Origin: Pristiophorus japonicus
Lineage: Eukaryota
Length of the DNA stretch: 64,000 nucleotides
Reading direction: 5' to 3'
Assembly: GCF_044704955.1 (NCBI RefSeq)
Contig: NC_091977.1
Location: forward strand, 52,700,001-52,764,000
In this document: positions 38,705 through 50,904 of the stretch, piece after piece
How positions within the stretch are numbered: the stretch's first letter is position 1
Layout: the number at the start of each line of letters is the position of its first letter
Position numbers and translations under genes: made by a program
Notes under the pieces: generated by a model
Database searches by the model: none
What the model saw: the letters and a program-made list of their open reading frames with translations, nothing else
What the model was told of the DNA's origin: nothing

Positions 38705-39682
38705 AGAATCTATCCTGGGCCTTCTATTTCTCATCGACTTGCTGTCCTTGGCAACATCATCCGAAAGCACATTGTCATGCTCCACATGTACGCTGAGGAT
38801 ACCCAGTTCTACCTCTCCACCAGCTCTCTCAACTCCTCCACTGCCTCTGATTTGTCACCCTGCTTATCTGACATCCAGTATTGGCCAGGCAAAAATTTCC
38901 TCCAATTAAATATTGGGACGATTGAAGCCACTGTCTTCGGTGCCCGTCACAAACTCCCTAGCAACCGACTCCATCCCTCTCTGTGGCCACTGTCTGAGGC
39001 TGAACCAGACCGTTCACAATCTTGGCGTCCTATTTGACCCTGAGCTAAGCTACTGACCCCATATCGTCTCCATCACCAAGACTGCCGACTTCCACGTCCG
39101 TAACATCACCCATGCCTCCTCTTATCTGCTGCTGAAATCCATATCTTTGTTAACTCTAGTCCCGACTATTCCAATGCTCTCCTGGGCATCCTCCCACCTT
39201 GCATCCTCCATAACCATGAGCTCATCCAAAACTCTGCTGCCTGTATGCTAACTTGCGTCACATTCCCATTCACCCATCATCCCTGTGCTAACTGACCTAC
39301 ATTGGCTTCCGGTCTGGCAACACTTCAATTTTAAAAGACTCACCTTTGTTTTAAAATACCTTCAGGGTCTCGCCCTTCCCTCCTCTAGCCCTACAACTGT
39401 CCAATTCTAGCCTCGTGCCTGATTTTTATCACTCCACCATTGGTGGCTGTGCCTTCAGCTGCCTGGGCCTTAAGTCTGGAACTCCCTCCCCAAACCTCTC
39501 CGCCTGTCAACCTCTCTCTTCTTCTTTAAGGTGCTCCTTAAAATCTGCCTTTTTGACCAAGCTTTTAATCATCTGTCTTAATATCTCCTATATGGCTTGG
39601 TGCCAAGATTTGTTTGATAACGCTCCTGTGACTTGGGAGGTTTTACTACTTTAAAGGTGTTATATAAATGCAAGTTGTTGTT
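38705..39682 (+). mobile_element. L2 LINE 3' fragment
   Basis: HMYAEDTQFYLST, STIGGCAFSCLG, tail TATATAAATGCAAGTTGTTGTTG. Confidence 0.9.
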
Positions 39683-39747
39683 GCTAATGCCCTTGGAATA
39701 GGGAAAAGAAAATAGGATCAATGCCTCTGTTCCTGATCGGTACCAAG

Positions 39748-40099
39748 ATTCTGACAGGTTAGATGCAGGAAGAATGTTCCCGATGTTGGGGAAGTCCAGA
39801 ACCAGGGGACACAGTCTAAGAATAAGGGGTAAGCCATTTAGGACAGAGATGAGGAGAAACTTCTTCACCCAGAGTTGTTAACCTGTGGAATTCCCTACCG
39901 CAGAGAGTTGTTGATGCCAGTTCATTGGATATATTCAAGAGGGAGTTAGATATGGCCCTTACAGCTAAAGGGATCGAGGGGTATGGAGAGAAAGCAGGAA
40001 AGGGGTACTGAGGTGAATGATCAGCCATGATCTTATTGAATGGTGGTGCAGGCTCGAAGGGCCGAATGGCCTACTCCTGCACCTATTTTCTATGTTTCT
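39748..40099 (+). mobile_element. HER1/CR1 3' fragment
   Basis: Near-identical to the 3' part of 3757-4526. Confidence 0.95.
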
Positions 40100-40967
40100 A
40101 AGTGACCTCTGCTGAAAGTGTGCTTGTGCTGAAACCGGGTGAGAACAGAATCTGTAGTGGCCCTGCTCCCTATGCCATGGACAAGTAGCCTGCTGACACT
40201 CACTAGCAAGGCTGACATTTAAAGATTGGTCCCTTAGGCATGCTCCCTGAGAGAGTCGGACATCCTTGAAATTAGATTGCAGCAAACAAATCAATGCTTT
40301 CAACTGAAGAGGAGAGAAAATTTGAAAATAAAAATGACTGCTTGTCTACAAGGCCTCAAAATATCCAACGAGTGAGTCACTAATTGATGGGACATGTTTC
40401 GGTGAGGCTTCCCCAGTGGCTTTGAAATATAAAGATATGGGCCGTGGAATTCCAAGGGCCAGAGCGGACACATGCTCTGCCAACTAAAGAGCTAGAATCT
40501 GGACATGAAGCCAGTTCCACCAGCATGTGCACAAATTAATCTTCCCAACAGTGGCATTGAGCGCTCTTAGAAGAAGGTTTAAAAAAAAAAATGCTGCCCT
40601 CTGTCTCTTCATCCTTTGTTGGCCTCCAATCTGCTGTTGGAGCAGGCTCCACACATGTGCATTATGGGTTATCTATCCCGAGTATTTAAATGCCTGTACC
40701 CCACAAATTTAGGACAGGGTCTGTCATATTGCAAGGCCTGACAGGAGTTCCGCTCCATCATAATTTGACTGGCGAAGCCAGACGCCAGAAACTTCCAATT
40801 CACAGTTTTTTTTTTATTCATTCATGAGATCTGGGCATCACTGACAAGGCCAGCATTTATGGCTCTTGAGAAGGTGGTGGTCAGCCACCTTATTAAACCG
40901 CTGCAGTCCGTGCAGTGAAGGTACTCCCACAGTGCTGTTACGGAGGGAGTTCCAGCGAAGATGAATG

Positions 40968-41220
40968 AACAACAGCAATTTGTATTAATATAGCACCTTT
41001 AACATAGTGAAACATCCCAAGGCGCTTCACAGGAGCAATATGAGATTTAAAAATTTGACAGCGAGCCACATGAGAAATTAGGGCTGGTGACCAAAAGCTT
41101 AGTCAAAGAGGTAGGTTTCAAAGAACGTCTTGAAGGAGGAAAGAGAGGTAGAGAGGTGGAGAGGTATAAGCAGGGAATTCCAGAGCCTAGGGCCTAGGCA
41201 ACAGAAGGCACGGCCACCGG
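40968..41220 (-). mobile_element. L2 3' fragment inserted in a minus-strand CR1-group LINE piece
   Basis: Reverse-complement L2 tail flanked on both sides by sequence matching 56400-56690. Confidence 0.8.
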
Positions 41221-42477
41221 TGATATACTTCCAAGTCAGGATGGTGTGTAAGTTGGAGGGGAATGTAGAGGTGGTGGTATTCCCATGCGCCTGCTGCCCT
41301 TGTCCTTCTAGGGTGGTAGAGGTTGTGGTTTGGGAGATGCTGCCGAAGAAGCCTTGGCGAGTCTCAGAGCCATAAAAACTGGAAAGGCCCCAGACTCGAT
41401 CCCCACCCTATTCTGAGGTAGTTGATTTCAGCCAGGGCAGTGGCAGCAGAACTACATTTAGCTTCAGTGCCTCTGGGTCAGGGAGGGAAATATAGCCAGT
41501 GTTCCTGTTCCTGTGGATGTTGGATGAAAACAAGCTCAGGTTGTGGTATCTTTCATGGTCAAGTAGTCCATCAGCATTCACTGTCGAGGATTTCGGGCGA
41601 ATAATGGCCAATTGGGGAACTGTATCCCAGCAAGAAGTTAAAGCCTGCAGAGGAGGATGGGGTGGGGGGGAGAAGTCTTTCCTGGTAGACATTCTAGCTC
41701 CATGTAGTCACCTGAATGTCGCAAATGTAACTTACTGCGAGCACTCAAACTTGTAAACAGGGCACATGGTCCTCCACCACTTGAGTTTCCGAGTTGTCCA
41801 GTCAATCTTCCTCTCTGTCACCTGGTCATTAAAAGAAAAAACACTTTGATAACAAAAAACTTAATTGGCATCTGCATATGTTTAAGCCATTCAGTGAGTT
41901 AATATTGTATGTGCTGTAGGGTATTATGGAAAGTTTGAGAATCGATTTCCTCTTGCTGTGTTTAATAGCACATCCTGTATTTTTCAAGTGCTGACCACTC
42001 ACATATGTTTCCACACGCTTGTGAGTGCCAAGAATTGTGTTTTACAGTGGCTCGTGCCCACAGTCTGTCGTGCTACATCTCGAAGCTCATGAGAAGAGAA
42101 TTTTCCCCTGTCATGTTCTCGTTGAAAAACACTCAGTCATTAAAGCGATTTATTGTTTTACTCTTCGTGCTTTGTCTTTAGACACATGATTAACTGCAAG
42201 AGTATTAGCTTATATTCAATGACTCTGATATAGAGTAATGTGAGAAGTTGGGAAGATTCCAGAAGCTATAATTAACATCATATAGTAGCTTTTTAAGCAA
42301 GGAAATAATCCCATTGCTATATATGTGTTGGGCACATCGTTAATACAGTAACGGTATTGTTGAATCCTGTTATGGTGGTTTTATAATGAGATCCTCTGTC
42401 TCTCTGTCTGTCTTGCACTGATATACCCAGCCTAAATTTTCATTTGTTCCCTCTCACTTAATAAAAAATATATATCT

Positions 42478-42680
42478 TTGCCATTGTCTGGAATGCACTA
42501 CCTGAAAAGGTGGTGGAAGCAGATTCAATAGTAACTTTCAAAAGGAATTGGATATATACTTGAAACGGAAAAATTTGGAGGCTATAGGGAACTAATAGTG
42601 GGACTAATTGGATCGCTCTTTCAAAAAGCCAGCACAGGCCGATGGGCCAAATGGCCTCCTTCTGCTCGTAAGATTCTTTG
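42478..42680 (+). mobile_element. CR1 3' end fragment
   Basis: TGGAATGCACTACCTGAAAAGGTGGTGGAAGCAG...GGCCAAATGGCCTCCTTCTG. Confidence 0.8.
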
Positions 42681-43655
42681 ATCTCAGCCACCTTAATTAG
42701 GTTCAGTATCCTTGGGCTGGGTAGGCAAAATTCAGCAAGAGGATCTTGCTGCTTAACACGAGCCACTGAGCCCAGCTGGAAACATGCTTGTGTGGACTGG
42801 CCTTGGCTGTGTGCTGCATGACCCTCACTCTCCAGGGGAATGGCTGCTGCCCTCTCTGACATTAAAAGATTTGTACGGCACTGGGCAGCTTGAAGAAAGT
42901 AAAAGAGGAAAAACTGAAACATAAACTGCAGGGCTGAGCATTTCCATGGGCTTCTCCCGATCCCCTACCGTATCTTCAGTGGAGATGGTGGAAATCCTGG
43001 ATAATCGGCATAAGCGTCCACTTTTTAGTCCGTGCTTGTGCATCACACTTCAGATACCGGGTCTGAGGTGGTTGGCTGAATTATGGGTGCAATAACCTAA
43101 GTTAAAGAAGGAAAAGGGTAAAAAGAAATAAAACAGACTGACTTGGCAATCCTTCATAATCATAAATTGGCAGTAGCCAGAAGAATAAGGACATGGAAGT
43201 GTGAGGAACTCGTCAGAAATCACCTATTTTTTGGTTTTCCCACTTGAGTGGTTGAAGTACTCATTTCAGATGATAAACATTGAATAACTCACGTGAGAAA
43301 CAACATGATAATTGGTGGACATTAAGTACTGAATATCAAAGATATGGCAAGAGTAACAGGGAACTGGCTAGCAGTGTGAGTGCAAACCCATCTGAATGAA
43401 CGACACTTGAGGTGGCAGAGTTATTCCAAATATATCTTGAGGTTTACAGTCAACCATGAATGACTGAATGCAGCAGGGTCCAGGAAAAGACTGAATGCAG
43501 AAACAAGCACTGATGGGAATGAGGCACAGAGTTAGGGAAGCTGTACCCAGTTGGATAAACGCTGGACTCTAGAGGGACCATGGAGTTGCCCATGAGCTAA
43601 ATTATGATTTTGGGTAGAGTGAGTTGAACAGCATCTCTGTTCCTACTCTGGTGTC

Positions 43656-45180
43656 AGCCGTGGCTCAGTGGGTAGTACTCTCGCCTCCAAATCAGAGGGT
43701 CGTGGGTTCCAGTCCCACTCCAGAGACTTGAGCACAAATCAGAGGGTCGTGGGTTCCAGTCCCACTCCAGAGACTTGAGCACAAATAAATCTAGGCTGAC
43801 ACTCCAGTGCAGTGCTGAGGGAGTGCTGCACTGTCGGAGATGCCGACTTTCGGATGAGACTTTAAACGGAGGTCCCATCTGCCCTCTCAGGTAAAAGATC
43901 CCATGGCACTATTTCGAAGAAGAGGAACGGAGTTATCCCCGGTGTCCTGGCCAATATTTATCCCTCAGTCAACATCACTAAAACAGATTATCTGTTCATT
44001 ATCACATTGCTGTTTGTGGGAGCTTGCTGGGCGCAATTAGCTGCGAACCTGTTCAACCTTCGTCGAACCAGATCCAAGACCATCCCATCCTCTGTCATCG
44101 AACTACAGTACGCTTGCGTCTGTGCACATTCAGAGGCTGAACTCCCAAATCATCGTCAACACCTTCACCGAGGTGTACAAAAGCATGGGCCTTACACTAA
44201 ACATCTGTAAGACAAAGATCCTCCACCAACCTGACCCCACCACACAGCACTGCCCCCCAGTCATCAAGATCCACGGCGTGGCCCTGGACAATTTGGACCA
44301 CTTTCCATAACTCGGGGCCTTATATAAGCAAGGACAGGTGTCAACGACGAGGTTCAACACTGCCTCCAGTGCGCCAGCACAGCTTTCGGCTGGCTGAGGA
44401 AAGGTGTGTTTGAAGACCAGGCCCTCAAATCTGGCACCAAGCTCAAGGTCTACAGGGCTGTAGTGATACCTGCCGTCCTGTAAGACTCCGAGACGTGGAC
44501 TATATACAGTAGACACCTTAAATCGCTGGAGAAATACCACCAGCGATGCCTCCGCAAGATCCTGGAAATCCCCTGGGAGGACAGACGCACCAATGTCAGT
44601 GTTCTCGATCAGGCCAACATCCCCAGCATCGAAGCACTGTCCACACTCGACCAGCTTCGTTTGTCGGGCCACATTGTTCGCATACCCGACACAAGACTCC
44701 CAAAGCAAGCGCTCTACTCGGAACTCCTACTCGGCAAGTGAGCCCAAGGTGGGCAGAGGAAACGTTTCAAGGACACCCTCAAATCCTCCTCGATAAAGTG
44801 CAGCATCCCCATCAACACCTGGGAATCCCTGGCCAAATCCGGGAGGGCGCTGAGCACCTCGAGTCTCGTCGCCGAGAGCATGCAGAAAACAAGAGCAGGC
44901 AGCGGAAGGAGCGTGCGACAAACCAGACTCCCCACCCACCCTTTCCTTCAATGACTGTCTGTCCCACCTGTGACAGAGACTGTAATTGCCGTATTGGATT
45001 GTACAGTCACCTGAGAACTCACTTTTGGAGTGGAAGCAAGTCTTCCTCGATTTCGAGGGACTGCCTATGATAATGATGATGATTCTTACATTATAGCAGT
45101 GACTACACTCCAAAAAGTACTCGATTGGCTTGAGATGTCCGGTGGTCATGAAAGGTGCTATGTAAATGGAAGTCTTTTTT
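43656..45180 (+). mobile_element. SacSINE1-like DeuSINE with a 47-bp internal duplication, split by an RTE at 44045-45083
   Basis: Head and Deu domain 43656-44044; tail resumes 45084-45180. Confidence 0.9.
44045..45083 (+). mobile_element. RTE-clade LINE 3' fragment inserted in a DeuSINE
   Basis: Same family as 13843-14923; C-terminal CPTCDRDC...GLYSHLRTH; (ATG)n tail. Confidence 0.9.
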
Positions 45181-45859
45181 GCATTATGCTTAGGTGGCCA
45201 GAAGCTGAGGGGAGGTTTAACTGTTGCCTCTGCCCCCACTTTCCCTCCAGTGGGATGTACTTTGAGGTGAGGAGGTGCTGCATTGATGCTTCAATGTGTT
45301 GTGCCACGAAGTGATAAGATGACAATTTATGCCTAACACCGCACTGGGGGAGATTCACAATTTACACCGTGCTCCATTTGAAGAACACAATACCGGCCCT
45401 TCCCTGGTTGGGAGCTGTGAGTCCTTTCGGCATAGAACTTGCTAGGCAGCCTTATATGCTGCCTTTTCAGTTGAGGCTAGGCTGCATGACAAGAAGCGGA
45501 GCGGAGAAAATTGAAATAGCTTGGAATATCTCATCAAGAAATTCTTTGTGGCAATTGTGAGAAACTTAGTGGAGTGTGAAGCAGACAACTACAGAAATGG
45601 CCCAGGTTTTAGAAAATATGGCAGAAGATTCCCCTTATTCACTGTTTCTGGCAAGGTCTCAAATGTGTTCTTTACCATTGGCTTCACAAAGAGTGAATGA
45701 GGGAAATCGTCCAGTATCGTGCCAGCCACAATATCCTACAGCACTTGATCGTCCATTTCCCGTGCCTCTGTGGGAAAACACCTGAACAAAATCTCAATCT
45801 GAGAATTTTTTTTATAGAGTTTACTTCAAAAGACCTGTGAAGAGGCACACTCCACATCG

Positions 45860-46222
45860 AGGAGCTGAAATCGCCTTCAGTGAGAAATTGGGGAGGGCAC
45901 TTTGAATTAACCGGAAATTTACCGTCTGGCTTGGAGGGAAGAGCCGGGAAAATCGTCTCTTTCACTCTGGCACTGCCTCCCAGTGCTTTGGCCGCTGTTA
46001 GAGGCGGGATCGGGTCCGGAATGGTGTCCATCACCTCGACTCGGATGTGTCGCAACGTCCGTCCCCTTCACTTAAAGGGGAGGGACGCTGTGAGGCCTAG
46101 TGAGGCCCTCCATGGAACCCAAGAGGGGGTGCCGGACAGCCGCCATTCTCGGGCCAACTCAGGAATCGGCCGACAAGTAGGAAAATGCAGGCTGCGACGG
46201 TGCGCCTTCCCCTTTTAAGGGA
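45860..46222 (+). mobile_element. Partial copy of a GC-rich MITE related to 24914-25553
   Basis: CpG-rich block with GAGCTGAAATCGCC start and shared TTAAAGGGGAGGG...CCCCTTTTAAGG motifs. Confidence 0.5.
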
Positions 46223-46397
46223 CAGGTTCATATCGCTGTTTCTGGGGGTAGTGTGCATCCTCAGATAATATGGCACAACAATAATATTATCGGTCAGTCA
46301 TGGGAGCATTAACCAGCGAGCAGAAACCACCAGCCCAGATGCCACACGCATCATGTCATTTAATGTTCCATTCATGGTTCTGCTATGACTTGCACTG

Positions 46398-46787
46398 CAT
46401 AGAAACGTTTAAAATTCTGACGGGTTTAGACAGGGTAGATGCAGGAAGAATGTTCCCAATGTTGGGGAAGTCCAGAACCAGGGGTCACAGTCTGAGGATA
46501 AGGGGTAAGCCATTTAGGACCGAGATGAGGAGAAACTTCTTCACCCAGAGAGTGGTGAACCTGTGGAATTCTCTACCACAGAAAGTAGTTGAGGCCAATT
46601 CACTAAATATATTCAAAAGGGAGTTAGATGAAGTCCTTACTACTCGGGGGATCAAGGGTTATGGCGAGAAAGCAGGAAGGGGGTACTGAAGTTTCATGTT
46701 CAGCCATGAACTCATTGAATGGCGGTGCAGGCTAGAAGGGCTGAATGGCCTGCTCCTGCACCTATTTTCTATGTTTCTATGTTTCTA
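46398..46787 (+). mobile_element. HER1/CR1 3' fragment (young subfamily)
   Basis: IETFKILTGLDRVDAGRMFP...; (TTTCTATG)n tail. Confidence 0.95.
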
Positions 46788-47605
46788 TTAACATAAATTG
46801 AGGAATACATAGAAACTGTCACGAAGAAACGGTTTACACTCTTGTGAACCCACATGTCCACACCCCACCTTTCCAGGTTAATTTTGACGGCAATTATTGC
46901 CATTGTTTCCTCTTCACGTGCTGTTCAATGTTGAATGATGGCACGTCATTCTCCAGCAGCCTGACATTGTGTGCTTTGCCCTTTAACTCCATGCAGCCAT
47001 TTAAAAACACAAGTAGCGCCCTTGCTCCTTCCCCTTCGGAATTTTCCACCCCGTCCCCATTCCCCCCCCCCCCCCCCCCCAGGATTAATTTGGAGTGCTG
47101 GTGGCAGGACTCGTGCCCTCGTCATAGAGTCATAAAATAATACAGCACAGAAGGAGGCCTTATGGTCCACCGTATCTGCACCGGCTCCTTGTAAGAGGTT
47201 TCCAATTAGTCCCACTCCCCTGCCTTTTTCCCATGGCCCTGCAAATCTTGGGGAATCAAGGGATATGGGGATTGGACGGGAAAGTGGAGTTGAGGTAGAA
47301 GATTAGCCATGATTTTCTTGAATGGTGGAGCAGGCTTGAGGGGTGAATGGGCCTACTCCTGCTCCTAATTCTTATGTTCTTCTATTTGTTATGTTCTTGC
47401 AAGCTCTGCCCTTCCAGCTCCAGCTCACAATGAGGCTACAGTTATGTAATGGCACCATATCGCCTAATCTTGCACTGGTATCACTTGACGTCCTGAATAG
47501 TCAAGTTCTGTGTGTTTAGCTGTAGTCATCTGTTTAAATAAGTATGAACCATATGCCCTATGTATCCTGCAAATGGATTACATGTATGAACCACATGCCA
47601 AATGT

Positions 47606-47861
47606 CATCATCATAGGCAGTCCCTCGGAATCAAGGACGACTTGCTTCCACTCTTAACATGAGTTCTTAGGTGGCTGAACAGTCCAATACAAGAACCACA
47701 GTCTCTGTCACAGGTGGGACCGATAGTCGTTGAGGGAAGGGTGGGTGGGGAGTCTGGTTTGCCACACGCTCTTTCTGCTGCCTGCGCTTGGTTTCTGCAT
47801 GCTCTCGGTGACGAGACTCGAAATGCTCAGCGCCCTCCCAGATGCACTTCCTCCACTTAGA
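47606..47861 (-). mobile_element. RTE 3' fragment with 9-bp TSD
   Basis: TSD GCCAAATGT (47597-47605, 47862-47870); inserted in the second unit of a 42-bp tandem duplication. Confidence 0.9.
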
Positions 47862-48172
47862 GCCAAATGTATCCTGCAAATGGATTACATGTCAAGGCCA
47901 CTTAGTTGCCAAAAAATAAAACACCCTTTTCACGCTGACAAACCACTCGGGCAAGTGATGAACTCCGTCATGCAGAGGTTTATTTTTCTACAAGTCAGCA
48001 GTCCCTGGAATGTATCTACTATTACTGAGAGGAGGCATGTTGTGAGAAAGTGGCTGATGGAGTGAACAGCTATCAAACCCTGACCAGCTGTAGTGTAAAT
48101 GGATAATCATTTACAGGCGGTCTCTCATTCAGCTGTATTTGTGCAGTCGGGCAATATTGCTAGATGCAATAA

Positions 48173-48617
48173 GCAGAGGGAGCAGTGCTACATGGGTGGC
48201 AGAGGGAGCAGTGCTACATGGGTGGCAGAGGGAGCAGTGATCTACGGGTGGCGGAGGGAGCAGTGCTACATGGGTGGTGGAGGGAGCAGTGCTACATGGG
48301 TGGCAGAGGGAGCAGTGATCTACGGGTGGCGGAGGGAGCAGTGCTACATGGGTGGCAGAGGGAGCAGTGCTACATGGGTGGTGGAGGGAGCAGTGCTACA
48401 TGGGTGGCAGAGGGAGCAGTGCTACATGGGTGGCAGAGGGAGCAGTGCTACATGGGTGGCGGAGGGAGCAGTGCTACATGGGTGGCAGAGGGAGCAGTGC
48501 TACATGGGTGGCGGAGGGAGCAGTGCTACATGGGTGGCAGAGGGAGCAGTGATATATGGGTGGCAGAGGGAGCAGTGCTACATGGGTGGCAGAGGGAGCA
48601 GTGCTACATGGGTGGCA
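48173..48617. repeat. G-rich minisatellite, 26-bp unit, about 17 copies
   Basis: GGCAGAGGGAGCAGTGCTACATGGGT with a few variant units. Confidence 0.97.
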
Positions 48618-48744
48618 AGGAGTGATCCAGTTGGGTTAACTTGGCTCTTACAAACCTGTGTAATGTCGGTCAGAAATCAATTGATGGAAATTGCATGTTA
48701 GTGCCACACATAATTGATTTAACAGCTTTGGTCTGTATATAGGT

Positions 48745-49440
48745 ATTGGAGTAGGCCATTCTGCCCCTCGAGTCAGTGCCGCCATTAATTTAGATCCTGG
48801 CTGATCTTTACCTCAACACTATTTACCGTCTGTTGTTCCATATACCTTGATACCCTTACTGGAAGAAAAATCTAGCGATTTTGGTCTTATAAATTTCCAG
48901 CCATTTGGCAGAGTAAGTTGCCTTTTTCCACTACCCTTTGTGTGCTAACGTGCTTCCTGATTTCCTGAATGGTCTAGCTCTAAATTTCATATTTTACCCT
49001 CTTGTTCTGGATTTCCTCACCAGAGGAAACAGTTTCTCTGTAACTACACTATCAAATCCCTTTTATAATTTTAAACACTTTGATTAGATCACCCCGCTAC
49101 CTTGTAAACTCAAGGGAATACCAGCCAAGTTTATGTTGCCTGTCCTCATAATCTAACTCTTTAAGCCCTGGTATCATTCTGGTGAATAGGCGCTATATCC
49201 CCTCCAAGACCAATATATTTTCCCTGACGTTCAATGCCCAAAACTGAATGCAGTGGTCTGATCAAGGCTCGTCACAACTGAATCACGTTTGAATTCCGCC
49301 CCCTTTTGAGATAAATGCCAATATTCCATTAGCCTTTATGATTACTTTTTGTACCTGTGCAGTAGCTTTTAGTGATTTGTGTACCTGGACACCTAAATCC
49401 CTTTGCTCTTCACAGCTCCCAGTCTCTCATCATTAAGAAA
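48745..49440 (-). mobile_element. Old CR1 3' fragment
   Basis: Reverse-complement CR1 3' UTR and ORF2 C-terminus; a further old copy at 51962-52445 (-). Confidence 0.8.
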
Positions 49441-50762
49441 ATATGCAGAGTAAGCATCTTCACTTTGCCCTCAAATTGCAGATTGCGATTGTGGTATTGG
49501 TTTTGCCTTCCTTGGCTGATTTATTGATGCTGTGATTTTTATTCTCGTGGATTTAGTGACACTGTGAATTTTATTTTCAATCAGAAAGTTGTGAGTTCTA
49601 GGTCCTGGGTTTCATTTCACTTGCCCTGGCTGACTGAGTCTCTTTGGTTTGTGACCAATGCAGCTTAATCAAGTGCGTTGAGCTAAAGGGATGTGTGGTT
49701 AAGAAAAGTCTGGAAGAACCTGCTACCCAGCTTGGATTGTGGTTACTGTGAGCCAGTTCGCAGAGTGGCACTGAAGGCAATGTGCTGGTGAGCTGCTCTG
49801 TTAGGCAGATCTGACAGAACTCAACACTCCCCACTTGACTCCATTAGAGATTGCAGAGTACCATTCGAGGTGGCAGTGGGGAAATCTGCCCAGACTATTC
49901 TGCCTTGGCCAAAGAGGGTTTTTGTGGGAAGAAGCAATAACTGGGGGAGAGCATGAGGTGAATTGGGCAGTGAATTTAAATTTAAAAAATAAAATGATTT
50001 GGGGTGGATTCAGAAAAGGCAGATAATATTGTGTATTTATTCACCAGCTGCTACAGACTACTTTTGGCATTGATCCATTGTCCGTGGATTAAAGAAGGCA
50101 CTGGATGGTTTCGTGTGGAGTGTGTGTGGGCTGCAAGAGTTTCTCATCTGATAGCAATGTGTAGGGAACAAGCTTCAGGTTAAATGATTTATTCATTGGC
50201 TATGAACAAAAACTATGCAAGAACTCTCAGCAGAAGCATCAATACACTTCTGTTGGAATTCTATGTCATGCGAAATGCATTTAGCTAGGCTCCATTGTAC
50301 ATTGTTCCAAATCCTTATTTACATTCCGAATCTCTCACCTGCGGACAGTGATCTATTGGGGTTTCATCGCTAATGGCAATCCTTGCTAGAAAGTGCATGT
50401 GTGGACGTCGGGTGAAAACGAGATCAGGCTCAATTGTGATGTTTTGCCTATGAACAAATAGCCTCCCAATATTTACTGTCCAAGCTCGCAGAGGAAAATG
50501 GGCACTTGGGGGAGGTACTGGAGGGGGGGGTTGTTGGTGCGTTTGAAACCATTATTGGTTAATATTATCAGGTGGTGGAGCTGTCCCAATGTGTGTGGCA
50601 GCTGTAGTCAATTTGTACTCTCTCAGCAGTACTTTCTGTAACAGTGTGAAGCAGGATCCTGGCTTTAATTTCCAGAGTGCATCCTTATTGCTTTATATTG
50701 CAGTTACCTCAGAAACATCAGCTAAAACATCAAAATGTGCAAGCAATAAATGGCCACATGGT

Positions 50763-50904
50763 GGGGTAGATCTTGACTTTGTGCGATAGTGTAAAATGAG
50801 TGATAGCAAATCAACAGTGAGTTTTAGTTGGAAGTCAATGGAAATAAAAATCGAAAGATGTAAAACAGGCTACCGACTTGTTATCGCCCGTTAAGATCTT
50901 CCCC
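50763..50904. mobile_element. Small palindromic MITE
   Basis: TIR GGGGTAGATCTT / AAGATCTTCCCC; internal IR GTGATAGCAAATC / GACTTGTTATCGC; flanks GGT / AGT (imperfect 3-bp TSD). Confidence 0.6.
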
